From assembly GCF_030028105.1 (NCBI RefSeq), contig NC_092376.1, forward strand, positions 42,084,935-42,148,934: a stretch of DNA of 64,000 nt, written 5' to 3'. The notes under the pieces were generated by a model. That model ran no database searches. It was not told where the DNA came from and saw only the letters and a program-made list of their open reading frames with translations. Positions 38,360 to 50,329 of the stretch are shown piece by piece. Every line of letters begins with the position of its first letter. Positions within the stretch are counted from its first letter, which is position 1. The DNA is from Mobula birostris. Its lineage: Eukaryota. Made by a program: the position numbers and the translations under genes.

Positions 38360-39380
38360 TACTGGGAGTCCCGTCTTTTGACCGCTCAAAGTAGAGAAGG
38401 AGCACTGGAAACGGCAGTAGGAACATCGAAGTCCACAGTAAATGACAGAAGGAGCGCACCGCCTCACGAAATACCCTCTCGTCTATCTCGATGGACACTT
38501 TCTGCCCCATCCATGGCAAAGTCTGTAGGTCCCACATCGGTTTCATCCGTGTGAACTTAACACCGATTTGGAAGGAGGTATCACGGCTCCCGAGGGACGA
38601 CCTGAAGAAGAGCATGTGTATTGTCAGCCAATGAATCACAAGCCCGCATTTAATACTTACAGATGTCACTGAAATTGCTTACACTTGCTCTCTGTTGTTT
38701 ATCTCTTTTATGAATGCATGTGCTTGAGGAATGCGTTTGCAGTGCATGGGGCGGGTGTTCAGCAGCACCACGGCCTCAGCGTCGTCCACACTGTCCCCGC
38801 CCATAATTGGAGCCGAGTGAGCGGATGAAACATGGCGCTGGACGGATGGAAATACTAATGACAGTCGGAAAACTCGCTTCCATTTGTACCATGGTAGGTG
38901 TCCTGCGGGGTTCACTCGCTTCTGGTTCTACAACAGCGGCGGCTTTGTCAGCGGTTTCCCGGTGTCGAGCAGGCCCCGGGGCCCAGCCGGCTGCTTGGCT
39001 GCCAGGTCACTGCTTCACTCCCAGTCCAGGGCTCCACTCCGGCCTGATGGCTGCTGACGGGCCAGGGAAGCAAACGAGATAGGCATAGTCATTAAGATAC
39101 ATGGAGGAAGGAGGCCTAGCCCCTTGCAGCCGGGGTCCTCAGTCCCGCAGTCTCTCCCCGTGTTCGATCTGGCCTTCCCGGAGCCAGGCGCTGCAGGAGT
39201 TTCAACCAAGGCCGGGAGGCAGGTGCAATGAACGGGCAGCCTAGCGCATCGTGTGTGGACCTTACCCGCCAATAGTCTGGCTGCAACCCTCGTGTTGGAA
39301 ACTTGGCTGTTCTGTATTCAGTTTTATAAAGCTTGGGGACGCTTAGAAAGTACAAAACGTATTTCCCCGGGTCTGCCAAA
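38360..39380 (+). promoter_or_regulatory. usp12: usp12 CpG-island promoter
   Basis: High CpG density; GC boxes at 38748 and 38795; CArG-consensus CCATAATTGG at 38801-38810; YY1-like AACATGGCG at 38829-38837. Confidence 0.75.
38846..38893 (+). CDS. usp12: Ubiquitin carboxyl-terminal hydrolase 12, coding exon 1 (exon 2 not found in window)
   Basis: MEILMTVGKLASICTM|GTAGGT matches the USP12 N-terminus (human MEILMTVSKFASICTM); 48-nt phase-0 exon; divergent from rpl21 as in human. Confidence 0.93.
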
Positions 39381-40414
39381 GTGCAGGGTTGAATCTACAA
39401 CAAGACTGGCACTTTCCTAATGGAACCACCCTGTCAAGCTCCTCCTGATAACCTTATTTTGGATTGTTCATGAAAGTTCTCAAATTCAATTGGAAACCAT
39501 CTGTAATTGATTTAGTTTGCATTTTCGCAATAGAAAAAGCATATACCAGCAGTTTTATTTGTGTCTTGGGGTTTATAAATTAAACTCAATTTTACTGTTA
39601 TAAGTTGCAGTATAATTTGTGGTTTTAGTCAAACAGGACCTTTTTAAAATTTTCCAACATCAGTGCTATCACTTTCAATTTTTGTAATAAAAATTGTCTA
39701 AATTTACTTCGTAAATAGAATATCACGTGGTTTGGTACCTTAAATTTTACTCCCCAAAGTAGTTGGTTGGTGTGAAAGGTTCAGCAAGTTCACTGCGCTA
39801 TGTACACGTGACAAAGTACATTTGAAGATAATCTGATAAGCGATTTTACTAATGTACTGTGTCATTGATAGGACAAGTAATTGGCTGTTCAGGATTTAGG
39901 ACACATCCTGAGGATTTCACACATGACATAGTAGTTCCTAATCAGTTTCTTTGTTCACTTCCACTTTAAATATCAGCATATATTTTGAGATGTGATTCTG
40001 TTCTCTCTTAAATGGAAACAATTTATAGTTGGTTATCATAGGGGACTGGCACATGCCACTAAGAACAGCACCACATTCAAATGTGGAACTTAAACTGTAA
40101 ACTAGATACTCATGGAATGCATTGAAAATCAGGCATTTTAGCACAAACGTTGTCTTTTAAAGCACCAGAATAATATGCTTTGTAGTCATAGACTTTCAAA
40201 CCATTTTTAAAAAAACAGTCACTTTCTCCATGGTGAGCTCAAATTGTTTCAAATTGATTGGAAGAATGGGCATTGTTGTGGGATAAATACTAAACTTACT
40301 TCGGTTACTGCATGATCCTACAAAATAACTCATTGGTTAGTTTAGTCCTTTAATATACTTGAAATAAATTTTTTTCTTTTTAATTATTTTTGAAAAAATA
40401 TTTAAAAAAAATCC

Positions 40415-40955
40415 CCCCCCCCTTCCCTCGTTAGTTCCACACTCTGGCTCCCCTCTTATCTCTTCTCACCTGCCTATCACTTCCCCCGGTGCCCCTCCTT
40501 TCCTTTCACTTGTGGTCCACTCTCCTCTGCTATCAGATTACATCTTCTCCACCAATCATCTTACAGCTTGTTACTTATCTCCCTTCCCCCACCCACCTGG
40601 CTTCACCTATCATAAAAAGTGCTGGTGAACGCAGCAGGCCAGGCAGCATCTATAGGAAGAGGTACAGTCGACGTTTCGGGCCGAGACATGGCGTTCACCA
40701 GCATTTTTTATGTGTTTTGCTTGAATTTCCAGCATCTGCAGATTTCCTCGTGTTTGTGGCTTCACCTATCACCTTCTAGCTTGTACTCCTCCACCTTCTT
40801 ATTCTGGCTTCTTTCCCCTTTTCCAGAACTGTTGAAGTGTTTCGGCCTGAAACGTTGACAATTTTTCATTTCAATAGCTGCTGCCTGATCTGAGTTCCTC
40901 CAGCATTTTGGTGTGTTGCTGTGGATTTCTAGCATTTGCAGAATCTTTAGTGTTT
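40415..40955 (+). mobile_element. Old PLE pLTR containing a 144-bp fold-back mini-PLE insertion (40613-40756)
   Basis: TSD TGGCTTCACCTATCA at 40598-40612 and 40757-40771; insert consists of two inverted pLTR pieces. Confidence 0.85.
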
Positions 40956-41500
40956 AAAAATATAACCTGTTCAAATACAGCAGTTCCATAGTAGCACTGT
41001 ACCAAGCATGTTTGAATTCACAATATTTTGTCTTCGGTACAGGACTTGTTGAAAATGTTTATAGTTAATATATAGGATCTCTCCAAATTCCTGATATTTC
41101 TGTCATACTTTAAATTTTTACTGTCAAAATTAATTTCATCTCTGTCATTTTTTTCTCTGATTGTTGGTTGACAGTTTTACTTGCCCTCAAGGTACTTTCA
41201 GATGTGATGGAGGCCTGGTGCTGATGGATTCCCAATTTTTATTGCCATTTAGTATCTATTTTCTCCCCAATTTGTGGGTTAAATATATATCCACTTTGCA
41301 TCTGTGTTTCTCTGAGCTGTATCCTAGTTGGTGTAACCAACTGGTGGTTTGAGGTTTCCTGAACTAAATATTCTAATTAAAAATGTGTTGTAAAAACCTG
41401 TCATAAATTTAAATGGTTTTATTTGCCTATGTTTCTGAAGATTTATAGATAATTGAAGGGTACAGTAGTGCCAGTGAATATTTTTTAGTTTTCAGCAGTA

Positions 41501-42988
41501 CAGGTATCCCCCGCTTTTTGAACGTTCGCTTTACGAAACCTTACTGTTATGAAAGACCTACATTTGTACCCTATTTTCGCTTTCAGAAGGTGTTTTCACT
41601 TTTACGGAAAAAAAATTCAGCGCGCGATAAAAGGCAGTGCGCCCCGAGCAGCGCCTCTCCCCCAGATTCTCGCCGGCATTGCTTAAACACGAGTCTGTGA
41701 GCAGCCGTTTGCAAGATGAGTTCTATGGTATTGGAAAAGCTTGAAAGAGCTTGTAAGGGTACACTTACGGTAAAACTAGACATAATTAAGCATTTTGATC
41801 GTGGTGAACGAAGTAAGGACAACGTGAGTTTGGCTTGTGGAAGCTGACGAAGATGATGTTGAAGAGATTTTGGCATCCCATCACCAAGAACTGACAGATG
41901 AAGAGCTGATGCAATTGGAAGAGGAAAGGATAACAATCGAAACTGAATGAGTGATGATAAAGTACGACTTTAATTTTGAAAGGGTACGTTGGTTTAGGGG
42001 ATATTTGCAGAATGTTTGAGTCCTTATTAAAGAACTGTGTGATAGAAAAATACGCGAGGCTCAGCAGTCAAGCAAGCCTTCCACATCAGCCACAGCAGAC
42101 GACGAACCTCGACCTTCGACATCGAGGCGGGCAGTCATAGGAGAAGATGAGCTGCCTGCTCTAATGGAAACAGATGACACCCCAGTGTCCCACCACCCCA
42201 ACCCCCAGGCCACAGACAGATACCGATTCGCGAAGAATGCAAAGGTAGCCGGGAGGCACACAGTACATCTTTAAGAAAAAAGCCGAAATAAACATGCTAA
42301 TTAATTACGTGCTGCCGACAATTACGGGCGGCACCTAATTAATTAGCATGTTTGTTTCGGCTTTTTTCTTAAAGATGGGCTGTGTACTTCCTGGCTACCG
42401 CTGGACCCCTGCATTCTTCGCGGCAATGTATCGCTCAGCGGCCTGGAAGGTGGGGGGGCCGCTGCACCACCCAAACTGCAACGACTCAGTCTAACGCACC
42501 AACATCAGTGTGCTCGGTGCTGTCCTGATTCCCATAAGTGATACTACACTGTACATACATTATTTCTACTTTATATCGGAGGTGTATTTTTACGTGTTAT
42601 TTGGTAGATTTGGCAGCTTCATAGTTTAAAGGTCACTGGAGAGCGCTTGCGCGTGTTTTTGCCAACAGCGCTTGCGTGAGATTTTCTGCCGACGGCGCTT
42701 GCGTGAGATGTTTGCTCCGGAGACCAGTTCAGTAATGATTGTGGGAAAGTATTTCTACTTTATATAGGCTGTGTATTTATCATATCATTCCTGCTTTTAC
42801 TATATGTTACTGCTATTTTAGCTTTTATGTGTTATTTGACATGATTTAGTAGGTTATTTTTGGGTCTGTGAACGGCTCACAAAATTTTCCCATATAAATA
42901 AATGGTAATTGCTTTTTCGCTTTATGACATTTTGGCTTACGAACCATTTCATAGGAATGCTCTACCTTCGGATGGTGGGGGAAACCTG
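41501..42988 (+). mobile_element. Tigger/pogo-like non-autonomous DNA transposon
   Basis: TA + CAGGTATCCCCC ... GGGGGAAACCTG TIRs; transposase remnants TLTVKLDIIKHFDRGE and EDDVEEILASHHQELTDEELMQLEEE; long internal palindrome. Confidence 0.85.
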
Positions 42989-43869
42989 TGTTAATCTGGA
43001 GAAACTGGTGTTATATTTAACATAAATTTCTTAACTAAGTTTGAGTTATTTCATGTATCACCACGTAATTTCTGCAATAACACGAGAAAACTAGCCAGTT
43101 CTTAGTGCTCATAGTCTTGGTCACCTCCCACCTTCCCTTACTGGCCACCAAAACTTTACCCAGCTGTTGTCACAAACAAGAGAAAATCTGCAGATGCTGG
43201 AGAGTGCTGCCGAGCTGTTGTCATATGCTTTTCTTAGTAATGTCATAGTGTCTTTCATGTATACTCAAGTGTGGAAGTTCTCCCATTCCAATGTTTCTGG
43301 ACACCATATTATCAAAATGCTCTAATTGCAGCTAAGCCCCCTCTCCCAGTATTCTGGGCTTTCCTCCCTTCTGCTAAATCCTTGCACGGTTTTTCCATTT
43401 ACTAAACAGATGACAATTCTTATCATTTTTTGTGTATATTACAAGATTTTATAGCCTCAACTCATACATCTCGTAGACCTTCATGCTCCAAAACCTCATG
43501 GCACCTTTCCTAGTGTTGCAAGCCCTCGGGTACCTGCAAAATAAAAAGAGCTAATGTAACAAACAATGTTTTTGAAGGAACTCAGCAAACTAAGCAGCAT
43601 CTGTTGTAAGGAATGCAATTGTTGACACTTTGGTTTGAAGCCCTGCATCAGGACTAATAACCATTATAAAGAGGAGAGGGGGAGTGTGCAAGAGGAACAG
43701 GTGATAGGCGAACTGAAGGGAGTTGAAGGATGGTGGGCAATTTGAACCAGGTGGAGATTGTGTTGAGAGATGTGAATTTGTCTCTCTGTATCTCTTCCAT
43801 TGATATGGTATTTTGGAAGGTTTTTTGTCATTAAGGTAGTAGAGCACCTATGTGGGATTTTCATTTATT

Positions 43870-45650
43870 TATTCAGTTTTTTGGGATTGTGCATTTTGCT
43901 GGTAAGGCCATTGTTCTTACTATCCTTAATTGCCTTTGTGCTGATGACAATAAGCTACCTTTAAATGCTGCTGTTGTATTGAGGTTTTCCCAGAATGCTA
44001 TTGGTGGGGTGTTGATGAGCTTGCATCTAGTACCAATGAAGACATTATTATTTATTTCTAGGTTTGAATGGATTGCATTTTGCAGGTAGTGATCGCAAAT
44101 GCCTTTTGCAGAGGTTGCAGGTTTGGGCCGTAGCCTGGATGAGTAACAGCAGTACATTTGTAGATGGTACAGATCTCAACCATGCTGCAACAACGATGGA
44201 GAGAATAAATGTTTAGGATGGTGTATGGTATATCGCTCAATCTGGCTGCTTTATTCTGGGTGGTGTTGAACTTCCTGAGTGTTAGAGTTGCACTCTTCCA
44301 TGCAAGTGAAGAGTGTTCTATCACAGTCTTTCTTGCGTCTTTTAGATGGCAGAAGGGCTTTGGAGTGTCAGGAAGGGAGTCGTGCAAACCTTTGAGCTAT
44401 CTCTAGTGTAATTTTGTGGCAGGTCCAGTTGTAGTTCTGGTCAATAGTCTCCCCTTGGTGGTACACTGTGTGTTGGAGATGATTTATCTGGCACTCCTGT
44501 GGCATGCGTACGATTTTTCTGTAATCACCCATACCTGTATGTTGTCTAGATATAGCTGCATGAAGGTACAGGCGGCTTCATTTACTGAGGAGTTGTGAAA
44601 GTAAACCATTGTGCAAACATCCCCATTTAAGACCTTTTCAAGGAAGGAATGTCATCGATTAAGGGACTGAAGATGTTGGGACTTTCGATTCTGTCAGTGA
44701 CTTCTGCAATGATGTTCTAGGGTTGGGATAACTGACCTCTGACAGCCATGACCATCTTTGTCCATGGCGTCATTACAACCATTAAAATGATTACTTACAC
44801 TTTTGCCAAGGTTCCCAGATGCCTCTTTCTATTAGGTACAGCCTGATGTCGAGGGCAGTGGCTCTCATCTCACATCTAGAATTCATTTCTTATTTGGACC
44901 AAAGGTGAGATAATGTCTGGAAATGGTGATCCTGACTGAACAAAAACTGGACATTGGTGGGCAGGTAATTGTGGAGCAGCTAGTGTCAATAACATCTTCC
45001 ATTATTTTGATAATTGTGGAACAGTCTGATTAGGTGATCTTTAGCAGGATTTGATTGTCCTGTCTTTTTGCAAACAGGGCATAACATAGGCAGTTTTCCA
45101 CTTGTTGGGTAGATGTCAGCTTGGTAAATGTACAGGAGCAGCTTGGTTTGAGGCACAGCTGCTTCTGCAGCATGCCTTCAGTATTTTAGCCAATTTATTT
45201 TGTGGTTCTATATTTTAGTTTATTTTTGTTATATCCGGGTCTCTCAGTTATGCGTGATGTCACATTGAATCACCTTGTTTGAGGATGAGCTTATGTGTTA
45301 GTGGGGAGCTCCAGCGAGGCTGAGTGAAAAAATCCTCTTGATACTTCTGAACATAGTTATGAATGATTTAGTTTCACCTTCACAGTCACGTACTGCACCC
45401 CATCATCGCTGAGGTTGCAATGTGCTTGGAGCTGCTTCCTCCTGTTAGTTCGGTGGTTGTCCACCACCTCTCTTGACTCGGCGTAACAACACTACAAGCT
45501 TTGGTTGTGAGATTGCAATTGCTGATTTGCATACTGTTTAGCCTGCACATAGTCTTGTGCCTGCAGCTTCATCAGAGGGACACATTACAGTATCTTGCTG
45601 TTACTGCTGATGTGCCATTCCATACATGTTGAACCAGCACTGATCCTCTT
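43870..45650 (-). mobile_element. Ancient degraded non-LTR retrotransposon (CR1/L2 group)
   Basis: ORF 44058-44387 VIEHSSLAWKSA...TQNKAARL resembles the post-RT EY.S.AW...IQ.KAAR motif; heavily decayed. Confidence 0.55.
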
Positions 45651-47082
45651 GCACCATAAAACATGGGAGTAGGATTTGGCCATTTGGCCGATCAAGTCTG
45701 CTGATTGTAATGGTGGGATAACAGATACACTAGGATGTAGTATGTTGTGATGTATTTATTTTTAATCATTGGATTCCTAAATTTGGACTGCCTGTTCTGT
45801 TCTGCCACAGAACAGAACTGCTCTTGGTATGAAGACAGCATTTTATCTCCATAAAGGTGGCACAATGATCACTTTTATCAGTGCTGATATGGATTCACAG
45901 TTGGGTTTAGGAGGAAGTCCAGTTGATGGAATCATAGAGAAGTACATTACAGACACTGGTCCTTGCTCACCTTATCATGCCAACTCTGATCTCTTTCTAC
46001 ACTAATTCTGACTTCCCGCATTGATCTTGTAATCCTAAACTCCTTTTCCATTTAAGTACCCGTCCAAAATACCTTTTAAATATTGTAATCATCCCTGTCT
46101 CCACTTCCTCCTCCAGCAGCTTAGTCCAAATATTCATCACCTCTACATTGAAAAGATCTCTAAACCTCTCTGTCCTCACTATAAACCTGTGGAAGCTGGA
46201 TGGTGCAGATCATACCGCTGCCTGCATGAGAGGCATTGGAGGGGGTGAGAGATGGAGGTATGCAGTTGAACAGTGAGTGATCGTCTCAGTCATTTGTAAT
46301 CGCAAGACATGTTAATGTGGAATGCTGCAAGTGTGATTCACCGGTTTATTGGCGTGGTGGTGGGGGGAGTGCTGCGTAGCCTCAGACATAGTGAGGACTA
46401 GGCCTCAGGCCTGGGTGTTGCCTGTTTGCAGCTGCCCGAGAGAGACACCAGAGTCGGTGCACTCCACCAGAGTGACGGAGGCAGTGTGGCACAGCATACA
46501 TGCTGGAATTGGTGCTGTCTTCCAGTGTTCACTTGGCAGAAGACAAGATGTATTATGTTCGACTACAGACTGCTGCAACATTCATGGACTCAGGGACAAG
46601 GACTATATATATTTTTTGCGATTGTATCTGCTAACTGTGCCTTGTGTAGTGTATGACATTTGGAAATGTGTTTTGCACCCTGGACCTGGAGTAAAGCTGT
46701 TTCATTTGGTGGTATTCATGCATGAATGATAATTAAATTTGAACTAGGGCTCAGTAAGCTCTGTCATTGGTGATACTACCAATCCATTTTAGGTGATGTT
46801 GTTTGATTATGGTTTTTCCAGGAGCACTAGTGTTTCAGCTGAAGAAGAATAATGGGTGGCCTCATGCTATAAAACCTCATGCAGTTTGAAGTAAATACTG
46901 AGAATTCTCAAGGCAAGTCTATCCCACCTATGGAGTGTTGTCTTCTCTTCTGGCAGTGGGATAGGACATGTATAAAGTTTAAGCTAGAGCAGGAAAAGAC
47001 AGCAGATGCTGGAAATCCTGAAACAAAACAGAAAATGTTGGAGGTAGCATCTGTAGACAGAGAAACAGAGTTAGTACTGAGA

Positions 47083-47690
47083 TTAGATTAGATTATGAGG
47101 ACACGCAGTCCTCCCTTATTGTCATTTAGTAATGCATGCATTAAGAAATGATAATGTTTTTCCAGAATGATATCACAGAAACACATGACAAACCGATTTA
47201 AAACTGACAAAAACCACATAATTATAACATATAGTTACAACAGTGTTAAGGAATACTGTAATTTGATAAGAACAGACCATGGGCACGGTAAAGGTCTCAA
47301 AGTCTCTCGAAAGTCCCATCATCTTACGCAGACGGTGAACCTCCAGCGCCGCAAACTTGCATCCTGGAAGCATCCGACCATAGTCTGACTCCGAGTCCAT
47401 CCGAAAACTCCCAGCCTCCGACCAGCTCTCCGACGCCGAGCACTTCGACCCCGGCCCCGGCAACAGGCAATAGGCAAAGCTGAGGATTTGGGGCCTTCCC
47501 CTCCGGAGATTCTCAATCGCACAGCAGCAGCAAAGCGGGCATTGCAGAAGTTTCTCCAGGTGTTCCTTCGTGCTTTTCACGGCTGTCTCCATCAAATCAG
47601 GATTGTGCACAGCCCCCTAGTTAACACATATCGATATCAATTTGGAACGGCCGCGCGCGCTGTGTTGCGCCGCCATCTTCTCCTCCCTCT
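47083..47690 (-). mobile_element. Approx. 600-bp non-coding non-autonomous retroelement (copy 2, with 5' end)
   Basis: Homologous to 20125-20738; 5' end GGAGAAGATGGCGGCGC; (TAATC)n tail. Confidence 0.8.
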
Positions 47691-48854
47691 TCATGAGATC
47701 AGTGAAGTCATGAAAGCTCAAATTGCTTCTGTCTGACTTGCTGATTGTCAACAGTATTTTCTATTCCTTGACTAATCCATTGGGCAAATCTAGACATGAC
47801 ATTCAAATGTTTATGATAGTAACTTTTGCTGAGCTGGAAGTGACTGTGTCTGAATTTGATAATTTAAACTGATGTTGGCGATCATTACAGATTTATTCTT
47901 CCAATTCGGCTTTCGTACTTTTACTGCATTTGAGTAATTTGCATTTCAGTCAATCACGTAACTTATAGATCTGAAGTCGCATATAGGCCAAGTAAGGATG
48001 ACAGATTTTCTTTCTGAAAGAACTTCAGTCAACCAGATATTTTTTTATGACAGTCTAATTTAGTGATCATCATTGCTTTTTTTTAAGTTCGAGTTTTAAC
48101 TGAGTTTAAATTCCATAGTCAGAATAAAAGATAAATCCCTTGTTAATTGTTCATCTAGGTCTCTGAGATACTAGTCTGGTATTTTAGAGCATGTCACCAC
48201 TTTTCCACTAATGAAAGGGAAATATTGATAGCATTCCAACTGTTCCAGTACTATTATTTGCTGGCTACTTGAGACTTTGCAAAAATTCAGAATATTTTTG
48301 TTCATTTCAGTTCAGTCTTAATAAAGTAGATTAAATCAGTGAAGTCTGAACCGGTGAAACAAAATTCTTTATAAACGGGGTTTAAATAAGAGTTTTAAAA
48401 ACATTTCAGTTATCTTAATATCTTATTAATATGATTACAATATTTAATAGAAATAAGGAATTTGTATTTCTTTTGAACAAGGGTGGAAATATTTTCCTGC
48501 TAAGGCAATCCTATGAAGGATGAGATCCATGGAAACTTGGATGTGTGGAATTGGAATTGGTTTGCCCACAGAAGGCAGAGGGAGGTAATAGATGGAGCAT
48601 ATTCTGCCTAGAGGTGTTCCACAAGGATCTGATCTGTGACCCTTGCTCCTTGTGATTTTTATAATGGCTTGGATGAGTAAGTGGAGGGGTTGGTTAATAA
48701 GTTTGCAGAAAACAAGAAAGTTGGAAGTGTTGTGGACAGTGCAGAAAGTTGTTGTAAGTTACATGCAGATATTGGCTGGATGCAGAGTTAGGTGGGGAAG
48801 AGACAGCTGGAGTTTTAATCCAGAAGATCAAACTTGAAGGCAGGATTTTTAGTA

Positions 48855-50012
48855 TCAGAATCAGGTTTATTACCACCAGCATGTGACGTGAAATTTGTTA
48901 ACTTAGCGGCAGCAGTTCAATGCAATAAATAATCTAGCAGAGAGAGAGAGAGAAAAAAAATAATAATAAATAAATAAATCAATTATGGTATACATGTATT
49001 GAAGAGATTTTTAAAAAGTGCTAAAACTGAAATGCTGTATATTTTAAAAAGAAAGTGAGGTAGTGTTGGAAGATTCAATGTCCATTTAGGAATCGGATGG
49101 CAGAGGGGAAGAAGCTGTTCCTGAAATGCTGAGTGTGTGCCTTCAGGCTTCTGTACCTCCTATCTGATGGTAACAGTGAGAAAAGGGCATGCCCTGGTTG
49201 CTGGAGGTCCGTAATAATGGATGCTGCCTTTCTGAGACACCACTCCCTGAAGATGACCTGGGTACTTTGTAGGCTAGTACCCAAGATGGAACTGACTAGA
49301 TTTACAGCCTTCTGCAGCTTCTTTCTGTCCTGTGCAGTAGCCCCTCCATTCCGGACAGTGATGCAGCCTGTCAGAATGCTCTCCATGGTACAACTATAGA
49401 AGTTCTTGAGTGTATTTGTTGACATGCCAAATCTCTTCAAAATCCAAATGAAGTATAACAGCTGTCTTGCCTTCTTTATAACCACATCGATATGTTGGGA
49501 CCAGGTTAGATCCTCAGAGACCTTGACACCCAGGACCTTGAAATTGCTCACTCTCTCTATTTCTGATTCCTCTATGAGGATTGGTATTTGTTTCTTTGTC
49601 TTACCCTCGCTGAAGTCCACAATTAGCTCTTTCGTCTTACTGACGTTGAGTGCCAGGTTGTTGTTGCGACACCACACCACTAGTTGACATATCTCACTCC
49701 TGTATGCCCTCTCATAATCACCTGAGATTCTACCAACAATGGTTGTATCATCAGCAAATTTATAGATGGTATTTGAGCTATGCCTAGCCACACAGTCATG
49801 TGTATATAGAGAGTAGAGCAGTGGGCTAAGCACACACCCCTGAGGTACGCCAGTGTTAATCATCAGCGAAGAGGATATTTTATCACTAATCCTCGCAGAT
49901 TGTGGTCTTCCGGTTAGGAAGTCGAGGATCCATCTGCAGAGGGAGGTACAGAGGCTCAAGCTCTGCAACTTCTCAATCAGTATTGTGGGAATGATGGTAT
50001 TAAATGCTGACC
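48855..50012 (-). mobile_element. Young 5'-truncated Rex1/Babar LINE with open RT frame, inserted in a CR1 fragment (about 48515-48850 and 50015-50190, plus)
   Basis: ORF 49075-50199 from SAFNTIIP through [20 protein letters not shown] and KFADDTT to [13 protein letters not shown]. Confidence 0.92.
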
Positions 50013-50329
50013 TACAGTAGTGTGGAGGAATGGGGATTTTCGGGTCCAAGTCCATAAATCCCTGAAAGTTGCTGTGCAGGTTGATAGGATGCTTAAGGTG
50101 TATGGTGTGCTGCCTTTCATTAGACCGGGGATTGAGTTCAAGAGCCTCAAGGTAATATTTCAGTCTACAAGACTCTGGTTGGACCACAGTTATGATCAAA
50201 ATGGTGCCAGTGAACTACGGGGATGTTCTGAGGGTTATGTACGATACTTTTAAATATATCTCTTTTGAATTGCTCTCACTGAAATCTGCAGCATGTAATT
50301 TTCCTCCAAGCAATGTATTTTAAAATCAA

